Shown: piece by piece, positions 19,538 through 28,800 of the stretch | Layout of the letters: every line of letters begins with the position of its first letter | How positions within the stretch are numbered: the first letter of the stretch is position 1 | Assembly (NCBI GenBank): GCA_947471505.1 | Contig: CANIWM010000012.1 | Span: 15,867-79,866 of the forward strand | Origin: Chthoniobacteraceae bacterium | GTDB taxonomy: Bacteria > Verrucomicrobiota > Verrucomicrobiia > Chthoniobacterales > Chthoniobacteraceae | Direction of reading: 5' to 3' | DNA length: 64,000 nt | Translations under genes and position numbers: made by a program | The notes under the pieces: generated by a model | Seen by the model: only the letters and a program-made list of their open reading frames with translations | What the model was told of the DNA's origin: nothing | The model's database searches: none

Positions 19538-19608
19538 AATAGTAGCGGGGCCGTCTCGGCCCCGAGCGACACTGTGTGTCGCAGGGGGCGGGACGCACCC
19601 TCTACTTC
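19538..19608. repeat. GC-rich multi-hairpin module (AATAGTAGCGGGGCCGTCTCGGCCCC...), copy 1 of 2 in this window
   Basis: Contains the hairpin GGGGCCG-TCT-CGGCCCC and the palindrome GCGAC...GTCGC. Copy 2 at 43958-44043 shares 26 of 27 nt (one extra C in copy 2) over 43958-43984. Confidence 0.6.
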
Positions 19609-19678
19609 CGCGCATTATTTTACCGCTCACCGCGCGCCGAGCGTGCAACGCGCAACTTCTTCCGGTAGGAGGCGGGGC

Positions 19679-20641
19679 ATGAAACTCATCGCGTCCGTCT
19701 TTTTCGCCACGACTTGCCTCGCTACTGCGCTGGATGCGCCCAAGTTTGACCGTAATGGGGCAGGGGAGATCACGGTGGCGGCACCGGAGGGTGCGCACGT
19801 TCGCTATACGATTGATGGGTCTGCGCCGGGGGCGAAATCAGGACCGTATCTCGCGCCTATTCGGCTCGCGACGGGCCGGAAGGTGCAGGCGGTTTCTGTG
19901 AGCGCGGACCGGAAGACGGTGAGCGAGCCCGCTGTGCTGGAGGTCGCGCCTGCGCCGGATGCGAAGCCGCTCCCTTCGACGCTGGTGCCTTGCACGCAGG
20001 ACCGGGATTTCCCCACTTACGATTGGGCGATCCGCCATGCGCAGGTGACGGAACTTACGGCGAAGAAGAAGGCGTCGCTGGTGTTCATCGGCGATAGCAT
20101 CACGCAGATGTTCGGCGGCGAACCGCATGATCGCGGGCAGCCGGGGAAGGCGGTGTGGGAGAAATTCTACGGGGCGCGCAATGCGACGAACTTGGGCTTT
20201 GGCTACGACTACGTGGAGAACACGCTGTGGCGTCTCCAGCACGGCGAGCTGGACGGCGCAGCGGCGAAGGCGGTGGTGGTGAACATCGGGACGAACAACA
20301 TGGGCAAGAATTCGCCGGAGGAAATCTTCGAGGGCGTGAAGGCGGTGCTCGGCGAAGTGCGGCGCAGTCAGCCAGCGGCGAAGGTGCTGCTCCTCGGCAT
20401 CTACCCACGCGGCGCGAAACCCGACGCGACCCGCGAGAAGGTGGCGAAGACCAACGTGCTACTTGCGACGCTCGACGGGAAAGACGGCGTCATTTTCCAA
20501 GATGTGACGGCGAAGCTCTTGGAGCCGGATGGGAGTATCTCGAAGGAGATGATGGGCGACTTTCTGCACCCCACGGCGAAGGGCTATGAGGTCATTGCAG
20601 ACGCGATCGAGCCTACGCTGAAGAAGCTGCTGGGGGAGTAG
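19679..20641 (+). CDS. SGNH/GDSL hydrolase family protein with N-terminal chitobiase/hexosaminidase C-terminal-like (CHB_HEX_C) domain
   Basis: Signal peptide MKLIASVFFATTCLATA, CHB_HEX_C-like stretch (HVRYTIDGSAP), GDSxT block (VFIGDSITQ) and a C-terminal DFLHPT block. Confidence 0.8.
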   Translation: MKLIASVFFATTCLATALDAPKFDRNGAGEITVAAPEGAHVRYTIDGSAPGAKSGPYLAPIRLATGRKVQAVSVSADRKTVSEPAVLEVAPAPDAKPLPSTLVPCTQDRDFPTYDWAIRHAQVTELTAKKKASLVFIGDSITQMFGGEPHDRGQPGKAVWEKFYGARNATNLGFGYDYVENTLWRLQHGELDGAAAKAVVVNIGTNNMGKNSPEEIFEGVKAVLGEVRRSQPAAKVLLLGIYPRGAKPDATREKVAKTNVLLATLDGKDGVIFQDVTAKLLEPDGSISKEMMGDFLHPTAKGYEVIADAIEPTLKKLLGE

Positions 20642-20644
20642 GGC

Positions 20645-20764
20645 GGGGCATTTGTGATTGGTGATTGGTGAATGGTGATTTGTCGCAAGCGCGCTTTTCG
20701 AGGGGCGTGAGAACCCGCTTGCGACTAATCACAAATCACAAATCACCAATCACGCGCACGCCCC
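20645..20764. repeat. 120-bp imperfect palindrome containing tandem GTGATTG-type heptamers; fills the intergenic space between convergent genes
   Basis: Left arm GGGGCATTTGTGATTGGTGATTGGTGAATGGTGATTTGTCGCAAGCG, 24-nt spacer, right arm CGCTTGCGACTAATCACAAATCACAAATCACCAATCACGCGCACGCCCC. Each arm carries four heptamer repeats. The element spans from stop codon to stop codon. Confidence 0.55.
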
Positions 20765-21048
20765 TACTTCGCCTGATCGGTCGAGGCGGTCGCGCCGGGC
20801 TCGGGCTTGGCGAGGAGCTGGCCGAGGACTTGGTAGAGGCGGCGCAGACCGCCGCCGGTCATGGCGATGCGGGTGTGGATGGGGAGTGTGGCGAAGCCTT
20901 GGCCTTGGTCGGGGATGAGGCCGCTGGAGAAGTCGAGATAGACTTCTTCTTGGCCGGTGGTGAGGACGACTTGGTTCGCGTAGCGCGCGGTCATGTCTTC
21001 GTATTTGACTTGGATTTTCGTCTGCTTTTTGTCGGATGGAGTTGCCAT
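20764..21048 (-). CDS. DUF3467-like small protein
   Basis: Motif KIQVKYEDMTARYANQVVLTTGQEEVYLDF is typical of DUF3467. Start chosen at MATPSDKKQTK. Confidence 0.55.
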   Translation of the reverse strand: MATPSDKKQTKIQVKYEDMTARYANQVVLTTGQEEVYLDFSSGLIPDQGQGFATLPIHTRIAMTGGGLRRLYQVLGQLLAKPEPGATASTDQAK

Positions 21049-21147
21049 GGGCGGAGGGATAAGCGGGGCGGCGGGAGTTTGCAAATGATCCGTGTTGAGC
21101 ATTTGCGATTGAAGAAAGTGCGGTTCTCGTGCGTCGTGTGTGGACCA

Positions 21148-21804
21148 ATGACGCCCGGTCGAAATATCCTGCTTTTTTTAATGTGCCTGCTCGCTCCGGT
21201 CGCGGCACAGCAGCCGAGGCCCGGCGAGGCGCGGACTTCGGCTTCGACGAACGATAGGGAGATCAATCCTCCGTTTGGCCTCGAATGGGCGGAGGACTCG
21301 AAGCGTGTGGAGCTGAAGATCGCTGCGGCGAAGCTGACGATTAAAGAGCGGCGGAAGGTGGATGGCCGCTGGGCGCTTACGGTCGTCGGCTTTAAGAAGA
21401 GCGACGCGGTGACGAAGCCGCCCGCGTTTCAGCAAGTGCTCTTTTATTTTAACGGGGGGAAGCTCACCAAAGACCGGGACGCGGATGGGAAGGCGTCCGA
21501 GCGAATCATCGGCGGAGTGCTCGTGGAGGTGGAGCTCCAGTATCAAGAGGAAGGCTGGCGCGAGCCGGACTACAACATCTGTCTCGGCGAGAAGCGCCAG
21601 ATGCTTGAGCGGAATTACGGCCCCGGTCAGCAGATGATCCGCGAGACGACGAACCTCCCCGACGGGAAGGGCACGCAGACGATGGTGGGCTACAAGTGGA
21701 ACAAGAATAACACTGCCGTGGACCTCGTGTATTTCACCGCCGAGGCGAAGGAGGAGAAGCACGTCTTCCACACGCTGAGCCTGCATTACAAGAAGTCCGG
21801 CTAA
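21148..21804 (+). CDS. hypothetical secreted protein
   Basis: Start MTPGRNILLFLMCLLAPVAAQQ (signal peptide). The upstream part of the ORF-track entry (20665-21147) overlaps the convergent gene and the palindrome and is not coding. Confidence 0.5.
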   Translation: MTPGRNILLFLMCLLAPVAAQQPRPGEARTSASTNDREINPPFGLEWAEDSKRVELKIAAAKLTIKERRKVDGRWALTVVGFKKSDAVTKPPAFQQVLFYFNGGKLTKDRDADGKASERIIGGVLVEVELQYQEEGWREPDYNICLGEKRQMLERNYGPGQQMIRETTNLPDGKGTQTMVGYKWNKNNTAVDLVYFTAEAKEEKHVFHTLSLHYKKSG

Positions 21805-21840
21805 GACGAGCGCTCCTTCGGGCTTAGTCCTACGTCACGT

Positions 21841-24192
21841 ATGAAAAACTCCATCCTTTGCACGTCGTTTGCCCTTTCCACTTTGGCCTTCGCGGGTTCG
21901 CCGAATAATTCACTCATCACGCCCGGCGCGGGTCAGCGCGGGACGGAGGTGGAGGTCGTCTTGAGCGGCGCTCGCCTGATGGATGCGCGGTCGCTCCTCT
22001 TTAATGAGCCCGGCATCGAAGTCGTGAGCGTGGCGGAGGCGGAGGCGGGGAAGTTTAAGGCGAAGCTGAAAATCGCCGCCGACGCACGGCTCGGCGAATA
22101 CGTCTTCCGCGCGGTGACAAGCTCCGGCATCGCGGATACGCGGCTCTTTTATGTAACGCCATACCCCGTGCAGAAGGAGGCGGATGAGGATAAGGCGGAC
22201 CCGTATAAAGTGCAGGCGGTGCCGCTTGGCGTGACGATCTACGGCTCGACGCCGGGGGAGGACCAGGACCATTTCGAGGTCGAGGTGAAGAAGGGCCAGC
22301 GGCTCTCGGCGGAGGTGATCGGCATCCGGCTTTCCACCCAGCAGCAGTATGATGCCTACATGACCATCACGAAGGCCGACGGCACGACGTTGGCGGAGAT
22401 GGACGATTGCGCGTTCACCCGGCAAGACCCGGCACTGAGCATCATCGCGCCGGAGGATGGGAAGTATCGCGTGATGATCAAAGAGACGACAAACAGCGGG
22501 AGCGGGCCGTGCAATTACCTCCTGCACATCGGCACGCATCCGCGCCCGTATGTCATCTTTCCCGGCGGCGGACAGGCGGGCACGGAGGTGAAAGTGCAGA
22601 TGCTTGGCGACGCAAGCGGGCCCTTTGAGCAGACGGTAAAGCTCCCTGCCGCGCCCGACACGCGCCTCGAAGTGATCGCGCAAAAAGACGGCCTCGCAGC
22701 GCCGCAGTCGAACTTCATGCGCGTATCCGCTTTTGGTAATGTGCTGGAAGCCGAGCCGAACAACGAAATCGCCAAGGCCACCGCCGCTCCGGGGCCGCTG
22801 CCGCTGGCGTTTAACGGAATCATTCAGGAAAAAGGCGACGTTGATTTCTTCAAGTTCACCGCCACGAAGGGCGCAGTGTTCGATTTCAAAGTTCACGCTC
22901 GTTCACTGCGCTCGCCGCTCGATTCCGTGCTCTCCATTCACGATGCGAAAGGCGGACAGCTCGCGGCGAACGACGACCAAGGAGGCCCCGATAGCGTTCA
23001 ACGCTGGACGGTGCCAGCCGATGGCGACTACTTCGTCGCCGTGAAGGATCAGCTTGGCCGTGGCGGCCCGCTCTTTACCTATCGCGTGGAGGTTTCGCCG
23101 CCGCAGGCGGGGCTCTTCGGCTACCTGCCCGACATGGTTATTAACAGCTCGCAAGAGCGCCGCGCCGTGCCAGTGCCCAAGGGCAACCGCTACTCCACGC
23201 TCGTCCGTGTGCGCCGAGCGGACGTGGGCGGCGACGTCATCGTAGAGCCTAAAGACCTCCCCGCAGGTGTGACTGTCGCGACGACGAATATGGACAAAAC
23301 CGTGGACACAATCCCGATGGTCTTCGAGGCCAAAGCGGACGCACCCACGGTGCAAAAGACCTTCACCCTTTTGCCCAAACTCGCCGAGCCGCCAGCCGGC
23401 TCGAACATCGTCTCCAAAGTGGACCATCGTGTGGAAGTCACCGAGAACGGCAACCAACGCTCTTATTACGGAGTAGATGAAGACACGCTCGCCATCGCGG
23501 TGACGGACGAAGTCCCCGTCACCCTAGAGCTTCACCAGCCCAAAGTGCCGCTACTCCAATCCGGCTCCATGAATCTGAACGTCGCCGTGAACCGCAAAGC
23601 AGGAGCCGACGGCAAACCGCTCTTCAACGGCCCCGTGCAAGTCCAGCTCCTTTACACCCCGCCGGGCGTCGGACAGCCGGGCGTCGTCACCATCCCCGAA
23701 GGACAAAACCAAGGTGCGATCACCATCAGCGGTCAAGGCAACGCACCGATTTCGAAATGGCAACTCGCGGTGAACGGCTCCGTGGACCTCGGCAAAGGCG
23801 CGACGTGGATCAGCACCGGCCTCGTGCTCATGGAAATCGCACCGCCCTTCGTAAACGGCACGCTCGTCCGCACCTACATTGACCAAGGCAGCGAGGGCGG
23901 CATGACGATGAAGCTCGACCAAAAGACCCCCTTTGAAGGCAAAGCGAAAGTCGCCCTGCTCGGCCTGCCCCAAGGCGTCACCGCCGAGGAGAAGGAAATC
24001 ACCAAAGACGACAAAGAAGTGCGCTTCGTCCTCAAAGCGGGGCCCGACGCCCAAGTCGGCCAGCACAAGACCGTCATCGCCTCGTTCACCTTGATAAAAG
24101 ACGGCGAGCCCATGACGAACACCATCGCAGGCGGCGGCATCCTCCGCGTGGACAAAGCAAGCGCCGCCCCGAAAGTCGCCGAAGCGAAGTAG
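21841..24192 (+). CDS. large secreted protein with pre-peptidase C-terminal (PPC)-like beta-sandwich domains
   Basis: Signal peptide MKNSILCTSFALSTLAFAG and repeated PPC-like blocks (EPNNEIAKATA...GDVDFFKF...; DQDHFEVEVKKGQRL). 783 aa. Confidence 0.65.
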   Translation: MKNSILCTSFALSTLAFAGSPNNSLITPGAGQRGTEVEVVLSGARLMDARSLLFNEPGIEVVSVAEAEAGKFKAKLKIAADARLGEYVFRAVTSSGIADTRLFYVTPYPVQKEADEDKADPYKVQAVPLGVTIYGSTPGEDQDHFEVEVKKGQRLSAEVIGIRLSTQQQYDAYMTITKADGTTLAEMDDCAFTRQDPALSIIAPEDGKYRVMIKETTNSGSGPCNYLLHIGTHPRPYVIFPGGGQAGTEVKVQMLGDASGPFEQTVKLPAAPDTRLEVIAQKDGLAAPQSNFMRVSAFGNVLEAEPNNEIAKATAAPGPLPLAFNGIIQEKGDVDFFKFTATKGAVFDFKVHARSLRSPLDSVLSIHDAKGGQLAANDDQGGPDSVQRWTVPADGDYFVAVKDQLGRGGPLFTYRVEVSPPQAGLFGYLPDMVINSSQERRAVPVPKGNRYSTLVRVRRADVGGDVIVEPKDLPAGVTVATTNMDKTVDTIPMVFEAKADAPTVQKTFTLLPKLAEPPAGSNIVSKVDHRVEVTENGNQRSYYGVDEDTLAIAVTDEVPVTLELHQPKVPLLQSGSMNLNVAVNRKAGADGKPLFNGPVQVQLLYTPPGVGQPGVVTIPEGQNQGAITISGQGNAPISKWQLAVNGSVDLGKGATWISTGLVLMEIAPPFVNGTLVRTYIDQGSEGGMTMKLDQKTPFEGKAKVALLGLPQGVTAEEKEITKDDKEVRFVLKAGPDAQVGQHKTVIASFTLIKDGEPMTNTIAGGGILRVDKASAAPKVAEAK

Positions 24193-24198
24193 GGCACT

Positions 24199-24891
24199 TC
24201 ATTTCCCCGTGACACGCCGGTAAAACCGAATCCCCTCAATCCTGCTCCCGTACTCCTTCAGCGGGTAAATGCCGCGTCCTTCCGCAGTGCCGGGGTCGCA
24301 CGTCAGATAGTCGTAGCCGTCCTTCCCACAGATGACCACGAAGTGAGTGCCGTCGGGCGATTTCAGCTTCGCGATGACGGGATTGCCTGATCGCAGATTC
24401 AGGTCAATCAGCATGTAGCTCGGCAAATCCTCGTAAGCCTTTTCGATCTTCCCCTCGCTGAGTTCCGCCGCCTTTTCCCACACGATCCAGCCATTTCCCA
24501 CGTAGCCATCATGTTCCGTGAGATACTGGTTCAGCCGCGCCGGGTCGGTGTCGAATCCGTAAGCCGCGAACACCATCGCCGCACTAGCCACCGCGCAGCC
24601 TTCCGCGCCGAGTGTGGCTTCGGTTTTGCCGAGTTTATCCGTGCGCCATCGCGCATCACTCTGGCGAAAGATGGGCACTTTCAGCTCCAGTCGAGGCTGC
24701 TGATAAAGCCCGCCGCTCGCTTCGCACGGAGCGACTGCGCGCCACTCTGCATCCCAGCGTTTCCAGCGAAACCACCCAAACACGATGCTCCCCGCTATGG
24801 TGATGAAAATCACGGCGAGCGTGATGCGCAGGCTCTTCTGCGCGGGTCGGCGATTCGGTGTAGGCTCTAGCATTTCTCTCACTCTGAACAC
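24199..24891 (-). CDS. membrane-anchored C39-like cysteine peptidase domain protein (Peptidase_C39_2/BtrH-like)
   Basis: N-terminal TM helix (ITLAVIFITIAGSIVFGWF), then QSDARW...GAEGCAVASAAMVFAAYG (catalytic Cys context) and THFVVICG (His). Last gene of the five-gene operon; overlaps the upstream gene by 13 nt. Confidence 0.6.
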   Translation of the reverse strand: MFRVREMLEPTPNRRPAQKSLRITLAVIFITIAGSIVFGWFRWKRWDAEWRAVAPCEASGGLYQQPRLELKVPIFRQSDARWRTDKLGKTEATLGAEGCAVASAAMVFAAYGFDTDPARLNQYLTEHDGYVGNGWIVWEKAAELSEGKIEKAYEDLPSYMLIDLNLRSGNPVIAKLKSPDGTHFVVICGKDGYDYLTCDPGTAEGRGIYPLKEYGSRIEGIRFYRRVTGK

Positions 24892-25829
24892 CGGAGCAGA
24901 ACCTTGCCAGCCCGCTTCGACTGCTGCGCGTGCGCGAGAGCCTGCGCGATTTCCGTGAGCGGATAGGTCGCCTCTATCGGTGTCGAGATGATGCCCTTCC
25001 GCAGAAGCTCGAATAGCTCATCGAAAAGCGCCGCGCGCTGCTCCGCCGAAGCCCGCGCATACCACCGCGTCACCCAAAAACCTCGCCACACGATGTCGTT
25101 GAAAATGAGCAGCCCATTGGGAACCTTGAGCGGCTGCCGAGCCATCGCGCCGTAAGTCACGATGGTCCCACCATCCGAGAGCCGCCCCGCCAGTCGCACC
25201 GCGCTATCGCCACCGACCGCATTTAGCGCCAGCCGCACCGGGAGCTCGCCCGGCTCATCCAAAAACACCGCATCCGCGCCCTCCGCCAACAGCTCGTCCA
25301 CCAACTCCGCGCGCCGCACCACATTCGCAGATCGCCAGCCGTAATGCCGACACATCTGGATGACACACCGCCCCACCGCCGAGTTCGCCGCATTTTGCAA
25401 AACCCATTCGTTCGGCTCCAGCCGCACAAACTCCCGCAACATGCACAGCGCAGTCGCCGGGTTGATCCGCAGCATCGCCGCCTGCGCGAGCGGAACATCG
25501 TCTGGCACGCGCACCAGCTCCGCCGCACAAACATTCCCCGCCTCGCGCCACGTGCCGAAACGATGCGGCAAGAGTACGCGCGTCCCCGCGTCGAATCCCT
25601 CGCCTGATTCTTCGACGACGCCTACACCCTCCACGCCCGGGACGCCGCGCAACTCAGGCCGCACGGGATATTTCCCCTCCAGCACATTGATGTCCGCAGG
25701 ATTGATCGGCGCAAAGAGCACGCGCACGCGCACGTCGCCCGGCGCAGGTGGTGCAAGCTCGACCTCGCAGCAGCGTGCGACTGCCGCTGGTTCACCGTGT
25801 TCGGAAAGGAGAATCGCTTTAGTTTTCAT
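24879..25829 (-). CDS. MDR-family zinc-type/quinone oxidoreductase (enoyl reductase-like)
   Basis: GroES-like N-terminal domain plus Rossmann NAD(P)-binding fold (LQNAANSAVGRCVIQ). Its start overlaps the stop of the giant upstream gene (TGATG). Confidence 0.75.
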   Translation of the reverse strand: MKTKAILLSEHGEPAAVARCCEVELAPPAPGDVRVRVLFAPINPADINVLEGKYPVRPELRGVPGVEGVGVVEESGEGFDAGTRVLLPHRFGTWREAGNVCAAELVRVPDDVPLAQAAMLRINPATALCMLREFVRLEPNEWVLQNAANSAVGRCVIQMCRHYGWRSANVVRRAELVDELLAEGADAVFLDEPGELPVRLALNAVGGDSAVRLAGRLSDGGTIVTYGAMARQPLKVPNGLLIFNDIVWRGFWVTRWYARASAEQRAALFDELFELLRKGIISTPIEATYPLTEIAQALAHAQQSKRAGKVLLRCSE

Positions 25830-28800
25830 CAGTCTTTCGAGGTCTGTTTTGCTTTGTCGGCTTCAATGAGCTCCCAAATCTGCCGGAGCGTCTCGGTAGA
25901 AATCGACACCTCCCGCAGTGCAGCACCCATATCCTCATTGGACGCTTTGGGCGGAGGCGGTGAGGATGGTGGCGTCATGAAAAGGGTGATCGGCTGCGCG
26001 AGGATGGGTGCGGGTTTGCTGAGAGCTTTTGCAAAGACACCGCCGAGTTCGCCGAGCGAGTCTTGCAGCGCGGTGAGTCGCTCGACAACCTGCACCATTG
26101 GGTCTTTGCCGTCGGCCCCCCGGAAGAGCTGGTTCTTGCGGAACGTCTTTTTGATTTCCTCCCAGCGTGCGGATTCCTCGGGCGTGATGGTGCCGGTGAG
26201 TTCCTTGAACTTCAGCAAGTTTGCTTCGGTGCCGGTGGTGAGCGTCTGCGCTTCGTTGCGGTAGTAAGTTTGCAGCAGCGATTCGAGTTCTGCATCGTTC
26301 ATCACGGGCGAGATTTTCTCCGCGAGTCGGCCCATGTTGCGGTAGCTGCCTTGCAGCTTGAATGCGGGCTCCGTGCGGAATGCGTCGGACTGCGCCGCGC
26401 TGCGGATGTATTCCTCGTTCACTCGCAGCACGACATCACGGGCGCGGATGAGCTTCTTCATCACGCCGAGAAATTCCGCCTGCTCGACAGGCGACCAATT
26501 GCTCTCAAAGTCCGCGCCTTCCGTGCTGCCAGTCTCGGCGATCTTGAGCACGGCGAGGATGTCTTGTTGCGAACGCGCAGCGAGCCGGGCGAGTGTAGGG
26601 TTCGATCCCGCTGCGTTTTCGAGGTAGCTGGATTTAAAAGCATCCGCGTGCGCTCCGACGACATCGCCGAGATTGTACGTGTCAGCACGATTCGCGAGCA
26701 TGTCGGGGATTTTGAACTTCTCGCCGCTCTCGGTGTACGGGTTTCCGGCCATCACCACGATGACCTTTTTGCCCCGCAAATCCCACGTCTTCGACTTGCC
26801 GCGCCACACGCCCTCGATGCGCCGCGAGCCGTCGCACAGCGAGATGAACTTCTGCAAAAACTCCGCGCTGAGATGCTGGATGTCGTCGAGACAGACCATC
26901 ACGTTGTCGCCCATCTCGAACGCGAGCCCGAGCTTCTCCATCTCATCGCGAGCCGCAGCATTCGGAGCCTCTGTCGGGTCGAGCGAAGTGACGCTGTGCC
27001 CAATCGCAGGACCGTTGATCTTCATAAACACGATGCCGAGCCTGCTAGCGACATACTCGACGAGCGTAGTCTTCCCATAACCCGGTGGCGAAATGAGCAG
27101 CAGCATGCCCATGCGGTCCGTGCGTTTCGCGTCGCCCGCCGCGCCGATTTGCTTCGCGAGATTGTCGCCCACGAGCGGCAGATACGCGGAGTCAATGAGC
27201 CGGTTGCGGATGAAACTCGTGAGCACCTTCGGTTTAAACCCATCGAGCTTCAGCCGCTCCCGCGCCGCCTCCAGCAGCGTGCGCTTTAGCGAAACGAAGC
27301 GTGTGTAAAGCGGGACGACGTTCGTTTCGTGGCAGCGCATCCGTGCGGAGAAATCGAGGTAGTCGAGCCGAAGCACGCCATTCGAGATGCGTGAGTGCGA
27401 GCCATTCATCCCGGCAAGTTCGCGCACCGCCGAGGAATGGATCGTCGCTGCAACCGTCGAGTTGCGCAGGGTAAGCGCCGCCGCCTCATCCAAAAAAAGA
27501 TGCTCACCCGCATGAGCACGCAGCCAATTCCGAATGAGAGAAAACTCAGCGTGCATGTCGGCGGATACAGCCTTGCGAGCGTCTTTGAAAGCACCCGCGC
27601 CAGCCCGCTCAACGAGGTGCGCGTGGAAGCTATCAACCAGCGTCACGGCCTCCGGTGCAGCCGGGAAAACTCCATCGCCGGAGAGGACGTGGAAAAGAAA
27701 CTCAGCCGCCGGTCCATCAAGTCCATTCTGTCCATCTCGTCCATAAACTGGATGGACGGCATGGACGTTATGGACGATCTCCCCCAACAGCTCCGCCGCC
27801 GGAGCCTGCTGCTCAAAGAACCGCCCCATCGCTCCAAAGCCTTTGAGCTTCGCCGAGAGCAGTGCCTTCGCCTCGCCGTCTGGCAGAGCCGCCCAAGCAA
27901 GCACCGCCTGCGTGCGAGCCTGCGTATCGTAGCGAAGCAGTCCGAGCGTGCGCCGCATTTCCACGACCGCTTCCACGATCTTTGCAGCGTCCAGATCGTG
28001 GACGCCCTTAATGTAGCCCTCGCCAAGCCGAGTCGCGGCGAACTCGGTTGTGGTGCAGGCGACCTCGCCTGCATCTGTCCTGACCGGCGACTCGCCGGAA
28101 CTTCGGGTGGGTCGCCCGTGCGACTGCTGCAGGCGAGTCGCCTGCGCCACTACCAGCCACGCCAGCCACTCGGCGCGATAAACCTCCGCAGTCTCTGAAA
28201 CGCTCTCCAAGCTCCACACAGCCTTCGTTTCCGCAAAGGCTGCATCCTCGATAGGCTCGAAGAAATTCGTCCCGGTGATGTGCAGGCACATCGCATCGCC
28301 GCGCTGAACGATGGTGAGGTCCAGCTCCTGCGTGTTGACCAAAAACTGATGCCGCCCGAGCTGAATCGCGCCGCTGCCTCCGGCAAATAGATCGCGCCGG
28401 TCCTTGAATTGCCGCACCGCATCTTCACGGATGGTTTTCAGTCGGCTGCCGAGGTCGTCGGCCTTCGTGGAATCGCCGAGCGCGACCAACTGCGCGGTAA
28501 GGTCGCGCACTTTCTCCACCATCATATCGCTGGCGAAGTAGGCGTTGATTTCATCCAGCCCCGGCAGGCTATCCGCACGGTGCTTGATGCCCTTCAGGAT
28601 GCGCTCCGCCGCTGACATCAAGCCATTCGCACGACGATTGCGGGCTTCGATGAGTTCGAGTTTACGAGACTCAAAAGCCCCGGCAAAAGCGGTGCGCTTG
28701 TCCGCTAGTTCGCCGACAAATTCCTCGAAGTCCGCAAACCGCGCTTCGAGTTCTTCGACCTGAACCATCAGCTTGTTTAGGAACTCATCGCACTTCTCCG

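Noticed and set aside
19095-19682. 195-aa ORF spanning the repeat array (and its antisense 63-aa ORF 19238..19429)
   Set aside because: It stays open only because the repeat period is a multiple of 3. The translation is Cys/Gly/Met-rich nonsense with no start context, and it overlaps the well-supported signal-peptide start of the SGNH gene at 19679.
12838-19700. Chromosomal origin (oriC) suggested by recF and a DnaA-box-like CTATCCACA at 19102-19110 near an iteron-like array
   Set aside because: dnaA, dnaN and gyrB are absent from the recF neighbourhood. Only a single near-consensus DnaA box is present and there is no AT-rich unwinding element, so this is insufficient for an origin call.
20665-21147. 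N-terminal extension of the 20665..21804 ORF
   Set aside because: It runs through the long palindrome and antisense to the DUF3467 gene. The internal Met at 21148 gives a proper signal peptide.
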